DNA of 32,000 nucleotides from contig NC_007614.1 in NCBI RefSeq assembly GCF_000196355.1, positions 300,001 through 332,000 on the forward strand. The letters run 5' to 3'. Under the pieces are notes generated by a model. That model was not told the origin of the DNA. It saw nothing but the letters and a program-made list of their open reading frames with translations, and did not search any database. Below, in pieces: positions 8,676 to 17,267 of this stretch (its first letter is position 1; every line of letters starts with the position of its first letter). Source of the DNA: Nitrosospira multiformis ATCC 25196 (GTDB lineage: Bacteria; Pseudomonadota; Gammaproteobacteria; Burkholderiales; Nitrosomonadaceae). The translations under genes were made by a program, and so were the position numbers.

Positions 8676-9800
8676 ATGCAAATACCGTTCAACAAACCCT
8701 ATATGACCGGGAAGGAGCTATGGTATGTCAGCCAGGCTCATGCGAACGGACATCTGGCCGGCGACGGGGTTTTCACGAAGAAATGCAATGCGTGGCTGGA
8801 ACGCCGGATCGGGTGTAAAAAAGCGTTGCTGACGCATTCCTGCACGGCTGCGCTGGAGATGGCGGCCATTCTTGCGCAGATCGGACCCGGCGATGAGGTC
8901 ATCATGCCTTCCTATACTTTCGTCTCCACCGCCAATGCGTTCGCATTGAGAGGGGGCGTGCCTGTATTCGTGGACATCCGGCCTGATACATTCAATATCG
9001 ACGAAACCCTGATCGAGGCTGCCATCACCCCGAAAACCAAAGCGATCGTTGCTGTTCACTACGCGGGAGTGGGATGCGAGATGGATGCCATCATGTCCAT
9101 CGCCGAACGGTATGGTTTGTTCGTGATCGAGGATGCAGCCCAGGGTCTTATGTCAACCTACAAGGGCAGACCGCTGGGCAGTATCGGCCATCTCGCAGCG
9201 CTGAGCTTCCACGAGACCAAGAACATCATTTCCGGGGAAGGGGGAGCTCTGCTGGTGAACGACGCACGCTTTGCGGAGCAAGCGGAAATAATCAGGGAAA
9301 AAGGTACCAATCGCAGTCAGTTTTTTCGTGGGCAGGTGGATAAGTATACCTGGGTGGATTTCGGCTCATCCTATCTTCCCAGTGAACTCATTGCTGCCTT
9401 TCTCTGGGCTCAGATAGAGGAGGCGGATGCAATCACGCAACGCCGTCTCGATATCTGGGACGTCTACCACGCTAATTTCGAACTTTTGGAAAAACAGGGG
9501 AAGATCCATCGTCCGACCATTCCTTCTGATTGCATGCACAACGCCCATATGTACTATCTCCTGTTGCCCGACCTGGACAGGCGCACCGCTTTCATCAACG
9601 CTCTCCGGCAGAAGGGAATAGGAACAGTTTTTCATTACGTTCCTCTTGACAGCTCTCCCATGGGGGAAAAGTGGGGCCGCAAGTCAGGCGCATTAACGCG
9701 GACACGAGAGTTGAGCGACCGGCTGGTCAGGCTGCCGCTATGGCTGGGCCTGGAGGAATACCAGAACGAAGTCATTCAGCATGTCGCGGCCGAGTTATGA
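8676..9800 (+). CDS. wecE: dTDP-4-amino-4,6-dideoxy-D-galactose (Fuc4N) transaminase, WecE/RffA-like (DegT/DnrJ/EryC1 family)
   Basis: Long stretches match my recollection of E. coli WecE: MQIPFNKPY, SCTAALEMAA, GDEVIMPSYTFVSTANAF, VDIRPDTFNIDETLIEAAITPKTKAIV, SFHETKN (PLP Lys), IIREKGTNRSQFFRGQVDKYTW. ATG at 8676 preferred over the in-frame TTG at 8643. Confidence 0.85.
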   Translation: MQIPFNKPYMTGKELWYVSQAHANGHLAGDGVFTKKCNAWLERRIGCKKALLTHSCTAALEMAAILAQIGPGDEVIMPSYTFVSTANAFALRGGVPVFVDIRPDTFNIDETLIEAAITPKTKAIVAVHYAGVGCEMDAIMSIAERYGLFVIEDAAQGLMSTYKGRPLGSIGHLAALSFHETKNIISGEGGALLVNDARFAEQAEIIREKGTNRSQFFRGQVDKYTWVDFGSSYLPSELIAAFLWAQIEEADAITQRRLDIWDVYHANFELLEKQGKIHRPTIPSDCMHNAHMYYLLLPDLDRRTAFINALRQKGIGTVFHYVPLDSSPMGEKWGRKSGALTRTRELSDRLVRLPLWLGLEEYQNEVIQHVAAEL

Positions 9801-9930
9801 AAAAGTCACGTTCCAGTTTCCATATTCTTTGCATAAGTCATCTGGCGCGGCTTCCTATATGTTCCTGACTGGAGTTTCGCGTAAATCTTCCGTTAAGCCA
9901 TGCTGGACCTGACCGCACTGCAAAAAATTG

Positions 9931-11148
9931 ATGCGAATTCTGCATATCCTTGATCACTCCATTCCCCTGCACAGCGGCTACACTTTCCGAACGCTTTCGA
10001 TTCTGAATGAACAACGGAACCTGGGGTGGGAAACCTTTCATCTGACCGGATCGAAGCAGGAAAATTGCAGTGTGCTGGAAGAGTGCGTGGAAGGATGGCA
10101 TTTTTATCGTACCCCAGCCCCGTCAGGACTGAGGGCACGGCTGCCCGTCTTGAATCAGCTGGCTGTCATGGAGGCTCTTACCCATCGCCTGACTGAGGTG
10201 GTCAAGATTGTCGAACCGGATATCCTGCACGCGCATTCTCCAGTCCTGAACGCTTTGCCTGCCTTGCGCGTGGGGCGGAGATCGGGTATTCCTGTCGTCT
10301 ACGAAGTCCGGGCATTCTGGGAAGATGCGGCCGTAGATCACGGCACTCATCGCGAATGGGGCGCACGATATCGTCTCACCCGTGAGCTGGAGAGTTACGC
10401 GTTAAGGCATGTTGATGCAGTAACCACGATTTGTGAGGGGCTGCGCGGCGACATCCTCAAGCGGGGTATTCCGTCAGAAAAGGTAACTGTCATTCCCAAT
10501 GCGGTCAATCTCGAAACTTTCAGGATGAGCGAGCGCGGGGATTTGCAACTTGCAAACGCACTCGGGATGGAGGGCAAGGTGTTGCTCGGCTTCATCGGCT
10601 CGTTTTACGCGTATGAAGGATTGACTGTACTGCTCAACGCACTGCCCCGTATGTTAGCGGCAAATCCCGACATCCGCATTCTTCTGGTGGGAGGAGGGCC
10701 TCAGGAAGACGAATTAAAATCTCTTACAGCCCGGAGGGGTCTGCAAGGCAAGGTTATTTTCACGGGCCGCGTTCCCCATGATCAGGTTCGGCGCTATTAC
10801 AATCTGATCGATATTCTCGTTTATCCGAGATTGCCCATGCGCCTTACAGACCTGGTCACGCCCCTCAAGCCGCTGGAGGCCATGGCGCAAGGAAGGCTCG
10901 TTGCCGCTTCAGATGTAGGCGGACATCTCGAGCTCATCCAGGATGGAAAAACCGGAGTGCTTTTCAAGGCTGGCGATTCCGACGCCTTGGCAGCCCGGAT
11001 ATTGAATCTCATATCCAGCACCGATACCTGGGATACCCTTCGGGCCGGGGCGCGCGATTTTGTCGAAACCCAGCGCAACTGGGCTGGCAGCGTGGCCGGC
11101 TATAAGGAGATCTATCGCACTCTCCTTTCAAGGAAAGCATCGTCATGA
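9931..11148 (+). CDS. GT4 glycosyltransferase (resembles exosortase/PEP-CTERM-locus-associated subfamily)
   Basis: MRILHILDHSIPLHSGYTFR N-terminus. GT-B C-terminal motif PLKPLEAMAQGRLVAASDVGGHLELIQDGKTGVLF (E-x7-E). ATG at 9931 sits just after the TTG at 9928. Confidence 0.8.
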   Translation: MRILHILDHSIPLHSGYTFRTLSILNEQRNLGWETFHLTGSKQENCSVLEECVEGWHFYRTPAPSGLRARLPVLNQLAVMEALTHRLTEVVKIVEPDILHAHSPVLNALPALRVGRRSGIPVVYEVRAFWEDAAVDHGTHREWGARYRLTRELESYALRHVDAVTTICEGLRGDILKRGIPSEKVTVIPNAVNLETFRMSERGDLQLANALGMEGKVLLGFIGSFYAYEGLTVLLNALPRMLAANPDIRILLVGGGPQEDELKSLTARRGLQGKVIFTGRVPHDQVRRYYNLIDILVYPRLPMRLTDLVTPLKPLEAMAQGRLVAASDVGGHLELIQDGKTGVLFKAGDSDALAARILNLISSTDTWDTLRAGARDFVETQRNWAGSVAGYKEIYRTLLSRKASS

Positions 11149-12257
11149 AAGCTGGCTTGCGCATTGGATTGGTCGGGCCTCTGCCTCCTCCTTCAGGGGG
11201 AATGGCCAACCAGACGTTGCAGTTGGCAGGACTCCTGCGAGAAGAGCATGTTGAGGTGGAGCTGATTCAGGTCAATCGTCCCTACCGGCCTGGCTGGATT
11301 GGAAGATTCAAGGGGATCAGGGCGGGCTTCCGCCTGCTGTCCTATGTCAGCCAACTGTGGCTTTCCGCCGGCAGAGTTCAATTATTTCACGTGATGGCCA
11401 ATTCCGGCTGGTCGTGGCACTTGTTTGCTGCTCCCGCCATCTGGATTGCACGGCTCAGGGGTAAGCCGGTGATTATCAATTATCGGGGAGGCGAGGCGGA
11501 CTCCTTCTTTGATAAAGCCTTTTCGTGGGTAAAGCCGAGCTTGTCAAGAGCAAATGCAATTATCGTTCCTTCCGGGTTTCTGGAAGGGGTTTTCGGCAAA
11601 CGCGGCTTTTCGGCCAGTATCGTTCCCAATATCATCGACCTGAGCCGCTTCGGAGCAGGAATGCGGTCCGATACCTCCACGGTGGAAGCCGGACCTGACT
11701 CTCCCCATATCATCGTCACCCGCAATCTGGAGCCGATTTACGACAATGAGACTGCACTGCGCGCCTTTCACATCGTAAGACGCTCCTTCCCCGCTGCGAA
11801 GCTCACCTTGGCCGGATCCGGCCCGGAGCGGCACACGTTGGAGCAACTTGCCTTCGCATTGGGCATAGGGGGGGCCGTGACATTCACCGGGCGCGTGGAC
11901 AACGAAGGCATGGCTGCAATCTATCGCAGCGCGAGTGTGATGCTCAATCCGAGCCTCGCCGATAATATGCCTATATCGATACTTGAAGCTTTGGCAAGCG
12001 GCGTCCCGGTGGTGAGTACGAACGTGGGGGGTGTCCCCTATCTCGTTGAGCATGAAAAGAACGCCTTGCTCGTACCCGCGCGCGACCCCCAGGCGATGGC
12101 CAATGCAGTTCTGCGGCTGCTCAATGATGCAGCCAGGACCCGGCGTCTGATCGAGGCGGGTATGGAATGCGTGCAGCGCTACACCTGGCCGAACGTGCGC
12201 GTCCCCCTGTTCCGTGTCTATGAGCAGGTTCTTGCCGCACCAGACAGATCCTGTTGA
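11145..12257 (+). CDS. GT4 glycosyltransferase
   Basis: IGLVGPLPPPSGGMANQ N-terminus. C-terminal SILEALASGVPVVSTNVGGVPYLVEHEKNALLV (E-x7-E). ATGA overlap with the upstream GT4. Confidence 0.8.
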   Translation: MKAGLRIGLVGPLPPPSGGMANQTLQLAGLLREEHVEVELIQVNRPYRPGWIGRFKGIRAGFRLLSYVSQLWLSAGRVQLFHVMANSGWSWHLFAAPAIWIARLRGKPVIINYRGGEADSFFDKAFSWVKPSLSRANAIIVPSGFLEGVFGKRGFSASIVPNIIDLSRFGAGMRSDTSTVEAGPDSPHIIVTRNLEPIYDNETALRAFHIVRRSFPAAKLTLAGSGPERHTLEQLAFALGIGGAVTFTGRVDNEGMAAIYRSASVMLNPSLADNMPISILEALASGVPVVSTNVGGVPYLVEHEKNALLVPARDPQAMANAVLRLLNDAARTRRLIEAGMECVQRYTWPNVRVPLFRVYEQVLAAPDRSC

Positions 12258-12279
12258 GTGACGCTGAAAGCTTTGATAA

Positions 12280-13641
12280 ATGAAAAACAGGGACTGGTAT
12301 ACATCGCTTGTATCGGGTCTTCTCTTTCCGCTGCAAGAGCGCCTCAAGGATCACTCCACGGTATCGGTACGCAAGGCGCTGGAGCTGTCTCAATGGTGGA
12401 ATCGGGAGCGCCTGGAGAACTTGCAGCTGTTGAAGTTGCGCCATCTGCTGGCTGAAGCAGAAGCGCACGTACCTTATTACCGCCGAATATTTGCGGAGAT
12501 TGGCTTCAAGGCAGCCGAGGTGTCCAGCCTTGCCGATCTGGCGCGCTTGCCGCTTCTCGATAAACCTGCGATCCGCGCCGATACGGAGGCATTGAAGTCC
12601 CAAAAAGCCAGAAGCCTGCGCTCTTTCAACACTGGAGGGTCGAGCGGAGAACCGCTCACCTTTTATATCGGCAGGGAGCGCGTCAGCCATGATGTGGCGG
12701 CAAAGTGGCGTGCCACACGCTGGTGGGACGTGGATATCGGCGATCCTGAGATGGTGGTCTGGGGCTCTCCCATCGAACTCGGGGCGCAGGATCGTCTTCG
12801 CATGCTTCGTGATCGGCTGCTCAGAACAAGGTTGTTTCCGGCGTTCGAAATGTCGGAGCAAAAGCTCGATCGCTTCCTGGGCGAACTGCGCGCCGCGCCC
12901 CCCAGAATGTTTTTCGGCTACCCTTCGGCCTTGTCCCATATTGCCCGCCATGCGCAGGCAAGAGGACAGCGAATGGACGACCTGGGTATCAACGTGGCAT
13001 TCGTTACTTCGGAACGACTTTACGATGAACAGCGACAGCAGATCAGTAAAACCTTTGGATGTCCTGTTGCCAATGGCTATGGAGGACGCGATGCGGGTTT
13101 CATCGCCCATGAATGCCCGGAGGGTGGCATGCACATAACGGCAGAGGATATTATCGTGGAGATCGTGGATCGACAGGGGGTCCCGCTACCCTGTGGCGAA
13201 GCAGGAGAAATCATAGTCACTCATCTCTCTACCGCAGAATTTCCGTTCATTCGCTATCGCACGGGGGATATAGGAATACTGGATGATCGAATCTGTCGCT
13301 GCGGGCGAGGCCTTCCCCTTCTCCGCGAAATTCAGGGTCGCAGCACGGATTTTGTCGTCGCCCAGGATGGGACGGTCATGCATGGTCTGGCCTTGATATA
13401 CATCCTGCGAGAATTGCCGCAGATCAGTCATTTCAAAATCATCCAGGAGAGTCTGAACCTTATCCATATATGGGTGGTTTCCGGGGCAAAGCTCGATCGG
13501 GAGATCACTGCAAAAATCGAGGAAGAATTCAAGGCGCGGCTTGGGCAATCCGTTGAGGTTCTGATCGAGGAGACAACTGAAATTCCAGCAGAAAAATCCG
13601 GCAAGTTTCGTTATGTGATAAGTAAAATCGCCGGGGCTTGA
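12280..13641 (+). CDS. Adenylate-forming enzyme, phenylacetate-CoA ligase/CapK-like
   Basis: N-terminal helical region with YYRRIFAEIGF...LADLARLPLLDKPAIR. P-loop-like FNTGGSSGEPLTF, later GYGGRDAG and YRTGDIG. This layout is typical of the PaaK/CapK/F390-synthetase family. Confidence 0.7.
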   Translation: MKNRDWYTSLVSGLLFPLQERLKDHSTVSVRKALELSQWWNRERLENLQLLKLRHLLAEAEAHVPYYRRIFAEIGFKAAEVSSLADLARLPLLDKPAIRADTEALKSQKARSLRSFNTGGSSGEPLTFYIGRERVSHDVAAKWRATRWWDVDIGDPEMVVWGSPIELGAQDRLRMLRDRLLRTRLFPAFEMSEQKLDRFLGELRAAPPRMFFGYPSALSHIARHAQARGQRMDDLGINVAFVTSERLYDEQRQQISKTFGCPVANGYGGRDAGFIAHECPEGGMHITAEDIIVEIVDRQGVPLPCGEAGEIIVTHLSTAEFPFIRYRTGDIGILDDRICRCGRGLPLLREIQGRSTDFVVAQDGTVMHGLALIYILRELPQISHFKIIQESLNLIHIWVVSGAKLDREITAKIEEEFKARLGQSVEVLIEETTEIPAEKSGKFRYVISKIAGA

Positions 13642-13773
13642 AAAACATTGCAATAAGTTTCACTTCTCTACAGATATTTCGCATATCGCTACCGTCAATT
13701 CCTCCGCCTGATGAGACTTCAGTTCGATTACTTGGAATGATGGCAGGAAACACTCTTTCAGCAGTGCAAACCG

Positions 13774-15273
13774 ATGGATAAGCAGCAACATCAGTCCGAT
13801 ATTACCGCCAAGGTGTTATACGGCGCCCGCTGGTCGGCCATGCTCCGGGTGACCGGCCAAATGGTCAGCTGGCTCAGTACCATCATCGTCGTGCGCTTCA
13901 TCCGCCCGGAGGATTACGGACTCAATGCCATGTTGGAAGCGCCACTCGAACTCCTCATGCTACTCAGCACGTTTGGCCTCGACTTGGCCCTGGTCCGGTG
14001 GAAAACGATCGAGCAGGAGGAATTGCGCAGTGTCTTCGGCTCGCTGCTGATCATCAACGGACTCCTTTTTCTCGTCTATTTCTTTGGCGGCAGTCTGATG
14101 GCTGCTTATTTTGATGAACCTCGTCTTGAATCGCTGGCTCAGGTGCTGGCCTTCGTTTTTATCCTGGCACCGTTTCGGGTCATTCCCAACGCACTGCTGG
14201 ATCGTAATCTGAAATTCAAGCTGCGCGCTTTGGCCGAGTTTATTGCAAACATAAGCGCCGCTGTAGCGACACTGGTGCTTGCAATTCTCGGCTGGGGAGT
14301 CTGGGCCTTGGTATCGGGGGTGCTGATCAACCGGATTCTTCTCGCAATTATATTGATGGTCCTGCAGCCCTGGTTCATCATGCCCTCTTTGAACTTCCCG
14401 GCTGTACGCGCCATGATGGTCTTCGGCGGCGTTTTGTCCTTGGGCGGGGCAGTCGTGCTCGTCACTGACAAGCTTGCCACCCTGATTGCCGGTCCTGTTC
14501 TGGGCGCGGAATTACTCGGTATTTTTGCCGTTACCTTTCAGTTTGCGCTGTTGCCGCTCGCCAAGATAATGCCGGTAATTAATCCCATTATCTTTCCCGC
14601 ATTTTCCAAATTCCAGGATCAGCCCGGGGTGGCAACGTACTATTTGAGTAAATCTCTTGGTATTGTTTCGCTGGCCTTGTTTCCTGTCATGATAGGGCTG
14701 GCCTGCATCGCACAGGAATTCGTGGCTACGGTGCTGGGTAACAAATGGGCGGCAGTGGCTTTGCCGCTCGCATTATTGTCCACCGTGATGCCATTCAGGA
14801 TGACGACATCTTTTCTCCGGCCGGTACTGGCAAGCATGGGACGAGCCGATCTTTCGTTGAAGTCTGCTGTTTTCGCCTTGATTATCTTATTGCCGCTGAT
14901 ATTGGTGGGTGCTCATTACGGAGTGATGGGGCTGGTGATGGCCATGGTGGTGACCGAACTGATCGTCGTCTTTCTGACTATCGGCATGAGCAAGGCAGTT
15001 CTGCACACGTCCTTTACAGGGATTGCGCTGAGCCTTCGCCCCGCCATAGCCGCTTCTACAGTGATGGCGGCGTGCCTGATGGGCGCAAAAATAGCCTTGG
15101 GCGACGCATTTGGCAGTAGTGCCAACCTTATCACATTACTTATCGAAATCAGTTTTGGCGCACTTGTTTATTTCTTGACGTTGCGGATCTTCTACGGAAA
15201 ACTGCTGGATGACACCATACGGTTGTTTCTGGGCCGTAATGGGGGACTTGCTCATCTGCCAAATGAGTCGTGA
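13774..15273 (+). CDS. MOP/PST-family polysaccharide flippase (Wzx-like)
   Basis: 499 aa with about 12-14 hydrophobic segments. The N-terminal region AKVLYGARWSAMLRVTGQMVSWLSTIIVVRFIRPEDYGL is typical of polysaccharide biosynthesis (PST) transporters. Confidence 0.75.
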   Translation: MDKQQHQSDITAKVLYGARWSAMLRVTGQMVSWLSTIIVVRFIRPEDYGLNAMLEAPLELLMLLSTFGLDLALVRWKTIEQEELRSVFGSLLIINGLLFLVYFFGGSLMAAYFDEPRLESLAQVLAFVFILAPFRVIPNALLDRNLKFKLRALAEFIANISAAVATLVLAILGWGVWALVSGVLINRILLAIILMVLQPWFIMPSLNFPAVRAMMVFGGVLSLGGAVVLVTDKLATLIAGPVLGAELLGIFAVTFQFALLPLAKIMPVINPIIFPAFSKFQDQPGVATYYLSKSLGIVSLALFPVMIGLACIAQEFVATVLGNKWAAVALPLALLSTVMPFRMTTSFLRPVLASMGRADLSLKSAVFALIILLPLILVGAHYGVMGLVMAMVVTELIVVFLTIGMSKAVLHTSFTGIALSLRPAIAASTVMAACLMGAKIALGDAFGSSANLITLLIEISFGALVYFLTLRIFYGKLLDDTIRLFLGRNGGLAHLPNES

Positions 15274-15316
15274 GCTTCGCCCCTGTCATCAGTTATCGGT
15301 GCGTTATATCGGGGAG

Positions 15317-17167
15317 TTATCTCCAATAGACCAGCAGATCTCCGATTTCCTTGGAATTTGCAAAGCCATTCCGGGTCAAGGCGTTCTGCACCCTGGGATC
15401 AGCGGCGGTGTTTTTAGCAATAACGACGGAACGAAGATTTTCATACTCGAGCAGAGTCTGAAATGCGGGTAAGCAATCCGGTTCATCGCCATTCACAAAT
15501 TCGGATGCGCAGATTCGCTGGTCGATTTCTGTACCAAGACCCCGTTCCCTAAACCATACCCTCTCTGCGTCAGTGAAAACACGCATTTGCGGATAGTTTC
15601 CGCTTAGCATGGTAATAATGCCGTTGACAGGCAGTGGGGCGAGCATGGGTCCCGGCGGTACAACTGCAATCACGTCTGACGCCGCCTTTTCGAACCGTGC
15701 AGGCAGTTTATAACGTGGCCATCCGAATTCGGTTCTCAAGTACAGGACAGAGGTGGTAAAGGGGACGAAATGAGCGATGAAAAGCAGGAAAACTGTGCCC
15801 GAGATGAAAGCAAGCCGGACTGTTCTGGAATATTTTTCCACGTATTCATACAGTCCGGCTCCGGTCAGACCCAACAGGAGTGGCAATGGATAGACATAAA
15901 ACACTCGCCAGTAAATGTTGGGGGTCGTCAGGTATTTGATAATGAAGGGGGAAACAATCGGATTCAGGAATAGGACAAGGGCGGCCCCAATCCACGCCAG
16001 CAGGAAGCGGCGGGTCTTGCCCGAAGTCATCAATAGTCCCAATACCGTTGCGCCAAGTAAGGCAAGCGGTGTCGCCGGGCCTGATTTTTCAAAAAAGAAC
16101 CCCGCATGCCCCAGAAAAGTGACAGGAAAATCTTCATTGACGGGACTGTTTGCACTTAAATCGGAGTGGAAGTTTAAAAACATCAGCAAGGTATAGAGGA
16201 CCAGATAACTCAAGCTGAATGCATACGTTATCGCGTTTTTCAGGAATTGTTTATAGCTCCCTTCGTTTGCCGCAGCACAGGCGATAACAACCGCTATGGT
16301 CAGGACTGGAAGAAGCGCCATGCTGGAACTCGTCGCGCCGACCATGGCGGTGGTAACCGCAAAAGTCAGCATCCAGTCGGATAGGGAGTAAGTTCGAAAG
16401 AAATTGATAGTGGCGGCCGCAAACAGGGGTATTCCTGTCGAAAGGAAAAAAACCTTTCCGATAAAAACATTGGGAAATGACCAGGTACCCGGTGTTCGAG
16501 GCGTTTCCCCGAGAAGAAGAATGATGGCAACCGCGAACAGAGCGCCCACCGCCGCCGGCTTTGGATCAACAAATTGAGCGACAAGATAAAACAGGGTTAA
16601 TGGAATGAGAAAGCCGAGCAGAGCGGGGGAAACCAGGAAAAAAGCCGACAGGTAAGGAATGTTCAGGAAGTATGCTAATACCCCGAGAGTGTATTCATAC
16701 GGAAGGGAAGTGGCGCCGAAATAGGAGGTGATGGGCTCGCTCCCTGCCTCCATAAAGTGAATTGCAAAACCCATCGGTAAATCCGGGTTTTGGAGATAGT
16801 AAACAGCGTTGGGAACGTAATAAAAAAGATCGAAGCTGACTTTTCCGGCCCCCGTGTGAAAGAAGCTGGAGATAAAAGCGCCGCCGAGACCCGTGAGGAT
16901 CAGAAACGATAAAGTTCCGAGATCCTGCAGAACCCTCTGCCCGTACTGGCGCCGAAAAAAATTCCATGCCAGCAGGGACATTCCGAGCGTTAGGAAAAGA
17001 CCCAGCCTCGCATATATCTTGAAAGTGATACCGGAAACCTGGGCAATATGGGTCAGGATCGTCATACTGGCGAGTATGGCGACCAGCCAGAACAGAACGG
17101 ATTTCACGACCAGGAAACTGAGGTACGATTCGGGGTTGTTTTTAGTGAAATTCAATATCATCTCCAC
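15317..17167 (-). CDS. Large polytopic membrane protein with C-terminal soluble domain (function unknown; candidate polymerase or GT-C-like enzyme)
   Basis: 616-aa ORF with roughly 13-15 hydrophobic segments by eye over ~480 aa, then a ~130-aa hydrophilic tail (RTEFGWPRYKLP...LLVYWR). I recognise no catalytic motif. Confidence 0.6.
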   Translation of the reverse strand: MEMILNFTKNNPESYLSFLVVKSVLFWLVAILASMTILTHIAQVSGITFKIYARLGLFLTLGMSLLAWNFFRRQYGQRVLQDLGTLSFLILTGLGGAFISSFFHTGAGKVSFDLFYYVPNAVYYLQNPDLPMGFAIHFMEAGSEPITSYFGATSLPYEYTLGVLAYFLNIPYLSAFFLVSPALLGFLIPLTLFYLVAQFVDPKPAAVGALFAVAIILLLGETPRTPGTWSFPNVFIGKVFFLSTGIPLFAAATINFFRTYSLSDWMLTFAVTTAMVGATSSSMALLPVLTIAVVIACAAANEGSYKQFLKNAITYAFSLSYLVLYTLLMFLNFHSDLSANSPVNEDFPVTFLGHAGFFFEKSGPATPLALLGATVLGLLMTSGKTRRFLLAWIGAALVLFLNPIVSPFIIKYLTTPNIYWRVFYVYPLPLLLGLTGAGLYEYVEKYSRTVRLAFISGTVFLLFIAHFVPFTTSVLYLRTEFGWPRYKLPARFEKAASDVIAVVPPGPMLAPLPVNGIITMLSGNYPQMRVFTDAERVWFRERGLGTEIDQRICASEFVNGDEPDCLPAFQTLLEYENLRSVVIAKNTAADPRVQNALTRNGFANSKEIGDLLVYWR

Positions 17168-17267
17168 AAAGTGGTAACCAACCGGCGTCCTCCGATTGAT
17201 ATCTGCGCCTGCCTCATCAATCCATTTATTGCCGCATGGATTCCGGGATCACTCCGGATAGAGCCCG

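Noticed and set aside
11544-13134. Two long - strand ORFs (11544-12347, 267 aa; 12121-13134, 337 aa), antisense to the GT4 and CapK-like genes
   Set aside because: The + strand products carry clear family motifs (E-x7-E; adenylation P-loop). The antisense products are Arg/Gly/Cys-rich with no recognisable motifs, so they are shadow ORFs.
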